From contig CBDCXR010000004.1 of assembly GCA_965223845.1 (NCBI GenBank), positions 5,408,001 through 5,472,000 of the forward strand: DNA of 64,000 bases, given 5' to 3'. Under the pieces are notes generated by a model that saw only the letters and a list, made by a program, of their open reading frames with translations, had not been told where the DNA came from and did not search any database. Shown in pieces: positions 1 to 10,200 of this stretch (its first letter is position 1; every line of letters begins with the position of its first letter). The translations under genes and the position numbers were made by a program. The DNA is from Planctomycetota bacterium. Lineage in GTDB: Bacteria > Planctomycetota > UBA8108 > SXIK01.

Positions 1-1211
1 AGGATCTCCCGAAGGCTCTGCACGTCGGCGCGGACAACGTAGACCCGCCAGAGGGCCAGAGCGGCGCTCTGGCGCGGCGCCAGCGACCGACCGCCGCTTC
101 GCTTCACGAAGAGTGCATCGCCCGACTCACCCTCCGGCACCTCGCCGAGCGCGTGGTCGGCGAGCATCCAGAGGAGAGCGGCGCCCATCCGGTCGATGGC
201 GCGGTCGACGTCGGCCTCGCTCAAGATCTCAATCGAGCCCGCGTTTGGACTGGGCGGAGGGATCTTCGTCTCTGCCGAGGCGTGAGCGAGCACTGCGGTG
301 AGCGTCTCGCTCGCTTCAGCCGCCCGGCGCGCGGCCGCGGCGAGCTCGAACGCTGTCGCGTTCGCGACGAGATGGCGGACAACGGTCCACATCCGCTGCT
401 GGACGGAGAGCGCGCCGACGATGTCGCCTCGCTCCGCGAGCACCCGCGCCTCGAGCGCCAGCATCGCCGACGCGTCGCGCAGCGCCGCGATCAACTCGTC
501 GCTGAACATGTTCACCTGGACGCCCGTCGGTTTCGGGCGCTGGCAGTGTTCGAGATCGGTCGCACGGTGAACGAGCCGAGTCGCCGATTTCATCCGCTCG
601 AGGTAGTTCGCCATCGCGGAAGGATCGAGCTTTCCTTCGACCACGCTCGAATCGGAGTGCAATAGCCCGAACCACTTCGGACGCTCAAGACGCGTCCCGA
701 GCTCCGCGCGAAGAACGCGGTAGAGATCGAACGCGTTCGCGCCGGAGGGCGACTCCTCGACAACGAGATCTTGTGCGATCTGCTTCAGCCCGCGAAGCTC
801 CGACTTTCGCCGGTCGTCGATCACGATGAAGAGAACGACCGCCGCGAGGATCGAGCCGCCGGCCAGTAGAGCGAGACGGCGCGAACGCCAAGAGTCGGCT
901 CGGAGTCCGGGCCCGCTGGGAGCGCGGCGAAGACCGTAAAGGACGACCAGCGCCGCCGCGGTAACGTAGACAGCCCCCCACCCGAGCGTGTAGCCGAGCC
1001 ACGACGGCGCTACTCCGGCCGACCGTAGACGCAGCGTGAGCATGACGGTCCACGCGGCGAACACGAACGGCGCGCAGGCGACGATGACCACGCCGAAAAA
1101 GCGCGACAGAAACGGCCGGACGTTGCGGCTCGCGGCGACCCAGAATGCCACCCCGGAAACACAACCGACGAGGAAGAGTCCCCACAACGCCCAGAGTACA
1201 ACCGCGTTCAT
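1..1211 (-). CDS. Hypothetical membrane protein (about 4 N-terminal TM helices plus a soluble helical domain); 3' end runs off the window
   Basis: Not in the ORF track because there is no stop codon in the window. Hand translation from ATG 1211 gives MNAVVLWALWGLFLVGCVSGVAFWVAAS..., several hydrophobic segments, then ...GANAFDLYRVL...; the frame is open to position 3. Confidence 0.75.
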   Translation of the reverse strand, partial: MNAVVLWALWGLFLVGCVSGVAFWVAASRNVRPFLSRFFGVVIVACAPFVFAAWTVMLTLRLRSAGVAPSWLGYTLGWGAVYVTAAALVVLYGLRRAPSGPGLRADSWRSRRLALLAGGSILAAVVLFIVIDDRRKSELRGLKQIAQDLVVEESPSGANAFDLYRVLRAELGTRLERPKWFGLLHSDSSVVEGKLDPSAMANYLERMKSATRLVHRATDLEHCQRPKPTGVQVNMFSDELIAALRDASAMLALEARVLAERGDIVGALSVQQRMWTVVRHLVANATAFELAAAARRAAEASETLTAVLAHASAETKIPPPSPNAGSIEILSEADVDRAIDRMGAALLWMLADHALGEVPEGESGDALFVKRSGGRSLAPRQSAALALWRVYVVRADVQSLREI

Positions 1212-1661
1212 GAAAGTTGCCCCTTACGATTTGCCGATCGGACGCTTCGCTCCCAAAACTGCGCGAGCTCGGCTACGGGAGCGAACGGACGAGCTTAACC
1301 CTTACGTTGCAAAAACGGCGCGCAAAAACGGTGAGGAGTACTCTCGCGGTGGCTTCTCGAGACGCTGCGCCGAGCCGATCGTGCTCGACACGCGACATCG
1401 CGGGAGCGGATCAGAGCTCGCGGGCGACGCGGAATCCGCGAGGGAAGGCTCTTCTCGCCGCCGGGCTTACACCGTGCGCAGGATGACTCGGAAGTCGCGC
1501 CCGGCCGGCTCCGCACGGGAAGCGGTCGGGGCCGAGTGCGATGCGTGATCGGTCCCGGCTGCATTCGAGAAAACTCGATCGCGCGGCGCGAGGAATCGAT
1601 TCTACTGTCTTGGAAGACCCGATCGACTGATCGGGGCGGCAACCGGCGAGGAAGTCCATCC

Positions 1662-3146
1662 ATGAACCGAGAGCTCGAGTTGCGTCTTCGCTTCGAGGCG
1701 GGGAGCCTCGATCGAATCCTCCGCCACGCATCGCTCGGCGGCGGGGAGCGACGACCGACGCGCACGCTGAGCGCGCACTACTTCGACACCCCGGACTTGC
1801 GACTCGCGCAGAACGGAGTGGGCGTTCGCATCCGAGAAGACGGCGGGCGATGGCTTCAAACCGTCAAGCTGCGAGGAGATCGCGACGGTGGTGTCGACAC
1901 TCGACTCGAGTACGAGACCGAGGTCGACGGTCCCGGGGTGGAGTCGCTCGATCTGTCATCGATCCCGGAGGTCTCGCACGCACTCGGCGCCATCGGGGCG
2001 ACCGCCGCGACGCTCCAGCGGGTTCTCTTTACCGCGATCTTGCGCGACGACGTTCGTCTCGAGCGCGACGAATCCGAGATCCTCGTCTCGATCGATCGCG
2101 GAGAGCTGCGAAGCCCCCGGGCTGCGACCACGACGAACGAGATCGAGCTGGAGCTCGTCCGCGGTGACGTCGCCGAACTCTTCGCTCTCGCACTCGAGCT
2201 CGCCGGAGAGATTCCGCTCGCACTCGAGCCCGCGAATAAGCTCGAGCGCGGCCTGGGGATCGCCCCGCGGCCGGAGACGACCATCGGCAGCGCGCTCACG
2301 CAGACGACGCCGGCTCGAGACGCGTTCGATCTCCTCGCGTCGAGCTGCGCGTCCGCCCTTCTCGCCCAGCGAGCGGCGGCGCGTGCCGGAAAGCTGCGAA
2401 CCATTGCCGGCACGCTCGACAGTCTCCGCGCCGGTTTGCGCCTCGTTCGCAAGGCTGCGCCGAAGACGGCTCACGCCGCCCTCAATCGCGAGCTCCGCCG
2501 CTTGCAAAAATTCGCGACGTCCTTCTGCGGCTGGGACGAGATCGCGGCGTGGCTTGACGCAACGGAAGACCGAGATCGCAACGAGGACTCCGATTCCCTT
2601 CGCGCACTGCGAACCATCGCGCACCGAAAGCGAGCGGCGGCGGAGCGGCGACTCCGAATCGAGCTGTCGAAGCCGCGGCTCGATCGAGCGCTGCTTCTCG
2701 CGGGGACGGCGATCGGTGTGCGCGAACGCGCGACGGCGAAAGCCGCCAAGAAGCAAAAGCGCGCGGGCGATCGACCGCTGGGCCCGATCGCTGCAATCGA
2801 GCTCGATCGACTCGATCGACGCGTGCGAAGTGCCGGAGAGGATCCCGACCGGCGCGAGAAGGTGGCGCGGCGCTGCGCTCGGCTCGGAGCGACGCTCGAC
2901 GCCGTCGCGCCACTCTACGACGCGAAGGTGGTCGACGATCTCCGCGCCGCCACCCAGCGGCTCGAGCGCGCAGCATCTCGCTTCGAGAGCTCTCTTCTTT
3001 TCGACGCGATCCCGAGCCCGTCGCTCCGCCGAGCGGCAACCGCGTTTTCGCCCGCCTCCAAAGCGGACGAGTTCACCGCCGCGTGGAGCGCGTTTCGCGA
3101 AGCCCGTCGGCCCTGGGCCGAAACTCGGGACGGAGACGATCGCTGA
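1662..3146 (+). CDS. CYTH (triphosphate tunnel metalloenzyme) domain plus degenerate CHAD-like helical domain; YgiF-like inorganic triphosphatase
   Basis: CYTH motifs ELELR (ExExK-like), YFDT, GVRIR, TVK, RLEYE, IDRG, EIELEL, NKLERG; basic helical C-terminal half. Start moved to ATG 1662 (MNRELELR). Confidence 0.8.
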   Translation: MNRELELRLRFEAGSLDRILRHASLGGGERRPTRTLSAHYFDTPDLRLAQNGVGVRIREDGGRWLQTVKLRGDRDGGVDTRLEYETEVDGPGVESLDLSSIPEVSHALGAIGATAATLQRVLFTAILRDDVRLERDESEILVSIDRGELRSPRAATTTNEIELELVRGDVAELFALALELAGEIPLALEPANKLERGLGIAPRPETTIGSALTQTTPARDAFDLLASSCASALLAQRAAARAGKLRTIAGTLDSLRAGLRLVRKAAPKTAHAALNRELRRLQKFATSFCGWDEIAAWLDATEDRDRNEDSDSLRALRTIAHRKRAAAERRLRIELSKPRLDRALLLAGTAIGVRERATAKAAKKQKRAGDRPLGPIAAIELDRLDRRVRSAGEDPDRREKVARRCARLGATLDAVAPLYDAKVVDDLRAATQRLERAASRFESSLLFDAIPSPSLRRAATAFSPASKADEFTAAWSAFREARRPWAETRDGDDR

Positions 3147-3152
3147 GTACCG

Positions 3153-5459
3153 TCAGCGATCGTTCTCGTTTTGCCCCGCGTTCGTGTCCGCAGCGGCACC
3201 GTGCTTTCGAAGAAGCTCGGCGATCTTCGGCTTCGCTGCGTTTACCTCGTCGGGATCCACTTTCACTCGAAAGACGTTGAAGAGAAACCGCGCCGCGTTC
3301 TCGTCCAGCTCTCGCGCGGTTCCGTCGAGCGGCGTCGTGCCGTCGCGGTTCTTCGCGTCGGCGTCCGCGCCGTTCTCGAGAAGGAAGCGAACCGCCTTCA
3401 ACCGGCCGAGACCCGCTGCCCAGCTGAGCGCCGTCGACCCGAGTCCGTCGTGTTCATCGACATCTGTCGTTTCCAGATGACGCTTCAGTGCCGCGATGTC
3501 GCCCGCACGCGCGGCGGCCCAGAGGTCATCCGGCGGGTCGGCACCGTCGTCGCGACCCCGGTTTCCACCGAAGCGGTTCCGCGGGGCGCCGGCCGGAATG
3601 AGCGGCAACGCTCCCGGAGATCGCGTCCAGATCGGCATTCCATCCTTCGTCTCTTCGGCGATGTCGGCGCGACGATTTCGGATGAACGTCCGCACTCGAT
3701 CGAGATGGCGACCGAAACCTCGCTGCTCGCCGTCGCTCTCTAGATGCGGCTCGAGCATCTTCTCGATGCGATCGACCTCGGCGAGGAGCGCATCCTCTTT
3801 CCAGTGCTCGTCGAGGATCGATTGGAGCGTGTCTAAGTATCGCTCTCGTCCCCCGGATGTCTGGTAGAGGCGGTGCGCAATCAAACCCTCGGTCTTGACC
3901 GAAATCGGCACGCTTCGATCCGGGTTGATCTTGCTGTACTTCTCGAACAGCGAATCGGCCCCCCACGGGAGGAAATGGATCTTCCCGGACTTTGGATTCA
4001 AGTAGACGAAGAAGTTGTTTCGGTTGCCCGAGTAGCCGTCCCAGAATCCGAGCAATCCCTCGAGAGCCCAGTAGCGATAGAACGCGTCGAGATCGACGAA
4101 GTCCCCGATCGCTGCTCGCGCGCCGCCGGTGCGTCCACGCAGCTCGCCCGCGATGAGCATGTCCGAGCTCGTCGGTTCGACGTTGAGTCCATGGAGCGCG
4201 AGGACGTTCTCTCCCTGCCTGAGCTTGTCGCGGTGTTCCGAGACAAAAAACGGCTGGAACGATACCGCCGTGCCGTCGCCGTTCGGTCCGGTCGAGCCGG
4301 ACGTCCACGACAAATCCTCCGGAGCGTTTGCCGATGCGATGCGATGGCCGTTCAGGTACGCGACGAAGCCGTCGTCGAACTTCATCCGGAGAACGAGCTC
4401 CGAGATCGACGCCGGATCGTCGACGGTGAAGCGAAGCCGGACATAAACGGACTGCCCGCGTCCGAAGAGGTCCGCTTTGAAATCGAATTCCGGCGCGAGC
4501 AACGACTCGTAGCCGGAATCGTTCTCGTAACCCGCGCCGCCCTTGCCGGAAATCCAGCTCGAGTCGTCGAACTCGGGTTTCATCCAGATGTCGTCGACGT
4601 CTCCGTTCGTCGGGACCCATGCCCGAGCGAGGGCGTCGGCAGGAGCGAGCACATCGCCGCCGCTACCGCTGATCGCGTCGATCAGCTCCTTAATCTTCGC
4701 GCGCCCGGCCGCGTCGTCGCCTAACTTGTGCTCGAAGCTGTTCTCCCAGTCCTCGTAAAAATCAACGATCGTTCCCTCGTAGAGAACTCCGCTGGCATCC
4801 CCGTATCCGCGCGCGAGGAGAGGCCGCCTCGCCGTTTCGACGTGCGAGTAGATACCGAGACTTCTCCCGTTGACCGTCACACGTGCGAACGCGCAGCGAG
4901 GCGCCGGCGATCCGACCGCGTTGAAGAGTCGGTAGCTCAAGTACTGGCTGACGAGACTCGTGTCCTGTTGATTGTTGTTGAGCGTGAGGTTCCGAAGTCC
5001 CTCGATGCCTCCTTCGGGGTCGACGTGGTTCAGCTTGATCTTGAGCGAGGGACGCGACGAGCTGAGCGACCCGAGAAAACCCTTCTTTCGAAGTCCAACT
5101 TTGGGAAGCTCGACGCCGTCGATCGTGACGCTCGCGGGAACATATGTGAACGGGCTCGGAACCGGGCCGTGAAGACGAGCGGCCCCCAGCGCCGTGTACA
5201 CGTCTCGCGTCTGGAAGCGGAGGATATCCCAGTCCTCGCGCTGGACGGTGATTTGAACGTCGAGGACGCGGTCCGCCGGGAAGAGCTCGTCGAGCGTGAG
5301 ACCGGCGGATTTAGAATCGCTGCCTTCCGCAGCGGGAGAGTTCCGCTCCGACACAGCGGAAGTCGATTCGGCAGAATGGACGGCGCGACCAGACGAAAGT
5401 CCAACCGAGATCAAGACGGCGACGAGAGCCCCCGGAAACGAACGGACGGTCCTACTCAT
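3153..5459 (-). CDS. Secreted CotH-family kinase with an inserted beta-sandwich domain and C-terminal ankyrin repeats
   Basis: Signal-peptide-like N-terminus from ATG 5459. CotH-like motifs LRKKG..GS, RPSLKIK, LTLNN, YSHVE, WDGY..NRNNF, PWGAD; DDGFVAYLNG insert; ankyrin consensus GSTALSWAA..G...VRFLLENGAD.D.KN.DG.TPL. Confidence 0.8.
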   Translation of the reverse strand: MSRTVRSFPGALVAVLISVGLSSGRAVHSAESTSAVSERNSPAAEGSDSKSAGLTLDELFPADRVLDVQITVQREDWDILRFQTRDVYTALGAARLHGPVPSPFTYVPASVTIDGVELPKVGLRKKGFLGSLSSSRPSLKIKLNHVDPEGGIEGLRNLTLNNNQQDTSLVSQYLSYRLFNAVGSPAPRCAFARVTVNGRSLGIYSHVETARRPLLARGYGDASGVLYEGTIVDFYEDWENSFEHKLGDDAAGRAKIKELIDAISGSGGDVLAPADALARAWVPTNGDVDDIWMKPEFDDSSWISGKGGAGYENDSGYESLLAPEFDFKADLFGRGQSVYVRLRFTVDDPASISELVLRMKFDDGFVAYLNGHRIASANAPEDLSWTSGSTGPNGDGTAVSFQPFFVSEHRDKLRQGENVLALHGLNVEPTSSDMLIAGELRGRTGGARAAIGDFVDLDAFYRYWALEGLLGFWDGYSGNRNNFFVYLNPKSGKIHFLPWGADSLFEKYSKINPDRSVPISVKTEGLIAHRLYQTSGGRERYLDTLQSILDEHWKEDALLAEVDRIEKMLEPHLESDGEQRGFGRHLDRVRTFIRNRRADIAEETKDGMPIWTRSPGALPLIPAGAPRNRFGGNRGRDDGADPPDDLWAAARAGDIAALKRHLETTDVDEHDGLGSTALSWAAGLGRLKAVRFLLENGADADAKNRDGTTPLDGTARELDENAARFLFNVFRVKVDPDEVNAAKPKIAELLRKHGAAADTNAGQNENDR

Positions 5460-5713
5460 AGATCTCTCGACTCGCCTAATGCGTCGCTGATCGTCGCGAC
5501 GGAGGATCGAAACGGTCGTCCATCTGATGGATCGCGAACGCGAACTCCTATCGATCCGGATTCGATCCCCGACCGCACCGGGCGCGGAGCGAGTCGAATT
5601 CGGAGCCATGTTCCCCGGCGCTCAATGTAACCGGGACGAATCGCTGGCTCCAGCTTCCGAGCGCGTCGCGCGGCACGGGCGGTCGCCCGAGGACGTCCGC
5701 GCGCCCGGGAGAG

Positions 5714-5943
5714 ATTTACCACGAAGGGCACGAAGGACACGAAGAGAAGAGGTAGGAAAGAGAGTGAGAGACACTCTGTGTATCGCTTCGAGTGAACACG
5801 CTCGAACGATCGGCACTCGATTTCAAACGCTGGTGCGGTCCAGACGAACGCGACGCTCGACCACCAATCGGTCTCTTCCTCTAAATCTCTTTCTCAATAC
5901 CTCTCTTTCTTCCTTCGTGTCCTTCGTGCCCTTCGTGGTGAAT
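5714..5943. repeat. Inverted-repeat intergenic element (CGAAG-unit arms), copy 1
   Basis: 5714-5744 ATTTACCACGAAGGGCACGAAGGACACGAAG pairs with 5913-5943 with 1 mismatch; the interior is purine-rich on the left and pyrimidine-rich on the right. Confidence 0.9.
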
Positions 5944-5963
5944 TCCTCTTCCAGGCCCGAGGC

Positions 5964-7001
5964 TCAGCCCTTCGCGACCGCCAAACGGCGCGAGAGCGCG
6001 TACGCGCCACCGAGCGCGAGCAACGCGACGAGGACGATGAGCCCGATCGGAGATGCCGCGGGCACGGGCGGAGCTTCTCCGATCCGCCACAGCTCGAGAA
6101 GCACGATGTCTCCTCCATTCGGGTCGTTGCCGTCCCCGTCGGGCCCGCCCGGTCCCGGATTCGAGTTTCCCTGGAGGAGATGCACGCGAACGTAGCCCTG
6201 CGTCACGTTCAGCGTTGGTGAATTCGCCGCACCGCTGCCATCGCCGCCGCTCGGCTCACCATTTTCGTTCATGTTCACAAAGACGGGATCGGGCGCCGTG
6301 CCGTCCCCCGGAGGTGCCTGCTTGTCACCGAACCCGACATGGGCGAAGACACCGGCGCCCGTGCGATCTGCTCGCGCTTGACCGGTCGTGTACTGCGCCT
6401 GGTCGTGATTCTTCACGAGGACGACGTGGTTCGCGCCGACGTTTTCGGGAGGACCGCCGCCGCCGTCCTCGGCGATAACGCGGTGCGCATGCGGGTTGTC
6501 CGCTTCTCCGATGACCGCCACGAAACGGTAGAGGCCGTTCGGGACATCGACGCGGAAGATTCCACCTTCGGGTGGACTACACGGCTCGTTCGGGCCGCCT
6601 GCCGTCGCCTCGTCACACGCATCGGCGAAGTTCTTGAAGCCGATGAAAGAGTCGTACAGCTCTTCCGGACACGAGTCTCCGAAGCGATTCCGGTTGTTCG
6701 GGGAGTCGTCGAACGGACCGAACTGCTCCGCGCCGTTTCGGCCCCCGGCACCCTCGTTCGTTACCTCGAAACCCCATCCGAGCCCCGGGTCGTACGCGAG
6801 CGCGTCGTGCGCCGCGACGCTGTTCGCGGAATGGTGGACCATCGTGTAGTTGGTCTCAGGGTCGTTGAAAGTCGGACACTCGAGGTTCCGCGAACCGAAT
6901 GCGAACGCCCCTTCTAGGGTCTGAGCCCTCGCGATGCCTCCCGCCGACGCCAAGAACAGCGCGGCAACACAACCGATCGAGCGACGAAGTCCTATCGACA
7001 T
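5964..7001 (-). CDS. Exported protein: single GPFDDS-motif domain plus C-terminal IPTL-CTERM-like sorting/TM segment
   Basis: Signal peptide (..GGIARA/Q); RBS GGAGG; domain shared with 12826 and 15307; C-terminus VPAASPIGLIVLVALLALGGAYALSRR (hydrophobic helix plus basic tail). Confidence 0.8.
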   Translation of the reverse strand: MSIGLRRSIGCVAALFLASAGGIARAQTLEGAFAFGSRNLECPTFNDPETNYTMVHHSANSVAAHDALAYDPGLGWGFEVTNEGAGGRNGAEQFGPFDDSPNNRNRFGDSCPEELYDSFIGFKNFADACDEATAGGPNEPCSPPEGGIFRVDVPNGLYRFVAVIGEADNPHAHRVIAEDGGGGPPENVGANHVVLVKNHDQAQYTTGQARADRTGAGVFAHVGFGDKQAPPGDGTAPDPVFVNMNENGEPSGGDGSGAANSPTLNVTQGYVRVHLLQGNSNPGPGGPDGDGNDPNGGDIVLLELWRIGEAPPVPAASPIGLIVLVALLALGGAYALSRRLAVAKG

Positions 7002-7214
7002 GGTTCCCTCCGATCAACAACCGCTCCCTCGGGCGTGCGAACCCGAGAGGGACGACTCGACAGTACTCGAGGCACTGAAAACCCTACACCGAACATTCTA
7101 TCGAGCGGGTAAGATCGCCATCCATCCACAAGTCCTCTAGCCGCTCTGCATCCCGAACGCGGCCGAGACGGAATTCGCGTTCGTGACTCTCTTCCTCGCA
7201 CCGTTTCACCCAAG

Positions 7215-10200
7215 ATGATCCGAACCTCCATCCGCTCGATTCGTTCCGTCTCGCGGAACATACTCGTGTTGCTCCTCTGCGTCGTCGCGCGGGAAGCCGC
7301 CGCTGATCGAGTGACCTACATCGCCTACGAATCTACGTGGCGATTCCGGCTCGGCACGGCCGAGGCATCGAATCCGGTGTCCGAGTGGCGCGAACGCACT
7401 TACGACGACTCCGGCTGGTCCTCCGGGATGGCGCCCTTCGGATACGGCGACCCGCCGTTCGGAGTCGATCTCACGACGTTCGATCCCGTCATGCGCGGAA
7501 ACTACGCCTGCGTTTTTCTGCGCCGCGAGTTCGAGCTCACGAACAGTGCAGCCGTCGCTGCGCTCGATCTCGACGTCGATTACGACGACGGTTTCATCGC
7601 CTGGTTGAACGGCGAGGAGATTCTCCGGGTCAACATGGAAAGCGCCGTGCCGGGGAGTGCGGTGCGCTTCGATGAATTCGCGGATGACCAGCACGAATCG
7701 GGATCGCCCGAGACGTTTTCGGTCGCCGATCCCGGCAACGTCCTCGTCGACGGGACGAACGTTCTCTGTGTGCAGGTCTTCAACAACCAGATCAACAGCA
7801 GTGATCTCAAGCTCGACCTCGAGCTCTACGATCCCGACGGCCCCGACGTGTCGCCGCCCGCGATCGCGAGCGTGGCCCCGGCGCCGGGCGGAACCGTTCG
7901 CTCACTCACCGCGGCGACGGTCACGTTCACCGAGCCGGTCCTCGGAGTCGACGCCGCGGATCTCCTCGTAGCCGGCTCTCCGGCGACGTCCGTCGCCGGC
8001 ACGGGAGCGGGTCCCTACACCTTCTCGTTCGCCGAGCCTCCGGCCGGGGCGGTTCAGTTCACGTGGAGCGGCGCGCACGGGATCACCGACGACGCCGTAC
8101 CTCCGAACGCGCTCGAACCATTCGCATGGTCGGCGACCCTCGATCCCGATGCGCCTCTCGGCGATCTCGTCGTGAGCGAGATCCTCGCCTCGAATCGAAC
8201 TGGGATCACCGACCAAGACGGCGAGCGGAGCGACTGGTTCGAGGTGTGGAACCGCGGAACGGAAACGGTGAGCGCGGCGGGTTGGTCGGTTTCCGATGAT
8301 CCGGACGTTCCGGCGAAGTGGATCTTTCCCGCGGTCGACATTGCGCCGGGCGACTACATCGTCGTGTTCGCATCGGGAAAAGATCGCCGAGACGCGACCG
8401 ACGAACTCCACACGAGCTTTCGGCTCAGCACTGAGGGCGAGTACTTCGCCCTCTTCTCCCCGGACGAGCCTCGACGCGCGGTGACCGAGTTTTCGCCGCA
8501 GTTTCCGGATCAGCGAAGCGACATCGCCTACGGGCAGACCGCGCTCGGCGAAGCGCGCTATCTCGACCCGCCCACGCCGGGCGCGCCGAACTCGGCTGCA
8601 ACCGCGCTCGAGGGAAAGGTCGCGGAGCCGCACTTCAGCGTCGAGCGCGGGTTCTTCTCGGGGTCGATTCCGCTCAAGCTGACCGCGACGCCGGCCGATG
8701 CGACGATCCGATACACACTCGACGGCTCCGAGCCGACCGCGACGCGCGGGACCGTCTACTCGAACGAGCTCGTCGTCGAAGGGACGGCGAGCCGCGCGGT
8801 CATCACCGTGCGTGCGATCGCGACGAAGAGTGGTTACCTGCCGTCGACCGTCGTCACGCACACCTACATCTTTCCGTCTGAAGTCCGGCACCAGCCGGCC
8901 GATCCGAGCGGTTTCCCCGGCGGCTGGGGGAATCATCCCGACGCCGACTACGAGATCGACCCGCAGGTCGTCGGAGACGCGCGCTACTCACGAGACTTCG
9001 AAGACGGACTTCTCGACCTCCCGTCGATTTCGATCGTCATGCAGACGAGCGACATGTTCGGCTCCAGCGGAATCTACTCGAATCCCGGGGGAGAGGGCGT
9101 GCAGTGGGAGCGCGCCGCGTCGGTCGAAGCTCTCTATCCCGACGGTCGTGAGGGGTTCAACGTCAACTGCGGGATCCGCATCCAGGGAGGTGCGAGTCGG
9201 AGCACGTCGAAGTCGGCGAAGCACTCGTTCCGGTTTCTCTTCAAAGGCGATTACGGTCCGACCAAGCTCCGCTTTCCGCTCTTTCCGGACACCGACGTCG
9301 ACGAGTTCGACACGGTGATCCTCCGCGCCGGCTACAACAATTCCTGGATTCATTGGGACAGCGGTCAGCGCGCGCGCACGCAATACATCCGCGATCAGTG
9401 GATACGCGACACTCAGCGCGATATGGGTCAGCCGACTCCTCACGGGATCTTCGTCCACGTGTACGTGAACGGACTCTACTGGGGTCTCTACAACCTCGTC
9501 GAACGTCCGAGCGGTCCGTTCGCGGCGTCCCACCTCGGCGGGGAGCGCGAAGACTACGACGCACTCAACTCCGCCGAGCCGGTCGACGGCGACAAGAGCG
9601 CGTGGAACACGATGATCGGCATCGCGAACGGCGGACTGTCGTCGAATGCGGCGTACGAGAACATCCAGAACTATCTCGACGTGACCAATCTTTCGGACTA
9701 CATGATCGTCAACTTCTACGGCTCGAACGCAGACTGGCCGAGCCACAACTGGTACGCCGCGCGGCGGCGCGCGGCGGGGGCGCAATACAAGTTCTTTAGT
9801 TGGGACGCCGAGCGGACGTTCGAAGGCCTCACGTCGAACCGGACCGGAGTGAGCAACGGCGATTCCCCGGGGATCCTCTATTCGCGCCTCCGCGCGAACG
9901 CAGAGTACCGTCTCCTCTTCGCCGATCGCGTACACCGCTGGTTCTTCAACGGCGGCGCCCTGACTCCGACTGCGGTGCGCGAGCGCTGGCTCGCTCGCTC
10001 CGATCGCCTCGAGCGTGCGGTCGTGTGCGAGTCGGCGCGCTGGGGTGACTACCGGCGCGACGTGCACCAATCGAGCAACGGTCCGTACGAGTTCTATCGC
10101 CGCGATGAGTTTTGGATCCCGGAGAAGAACCGTCTCCTTTCGAACTACATACCGCAGCGATCGAACACCGTGCTCTCGCAATTTCGTTCGATCGATCTCT

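Noticed and set aside
153-665. 170-aa plus-strand ORF
   Set aside because: Antisense shadow of the minus-strand membrane-protein gene 1-1211.
1309-1331. Direct repeat GCAAAAACGG x2 in a divergent intergenic region
   Set aside because: A single short instance; it may be a regulator site but has no further support.
5714-5943. CACGAAG repeats as a CRISPR array, or as the short ORFs containing HHEGHEGHE / FVSFVPFVV
   Set aside because: There is no repeat-spacer periodicity and no cas genes. The peptides are translations of the inverted-repeat arms.
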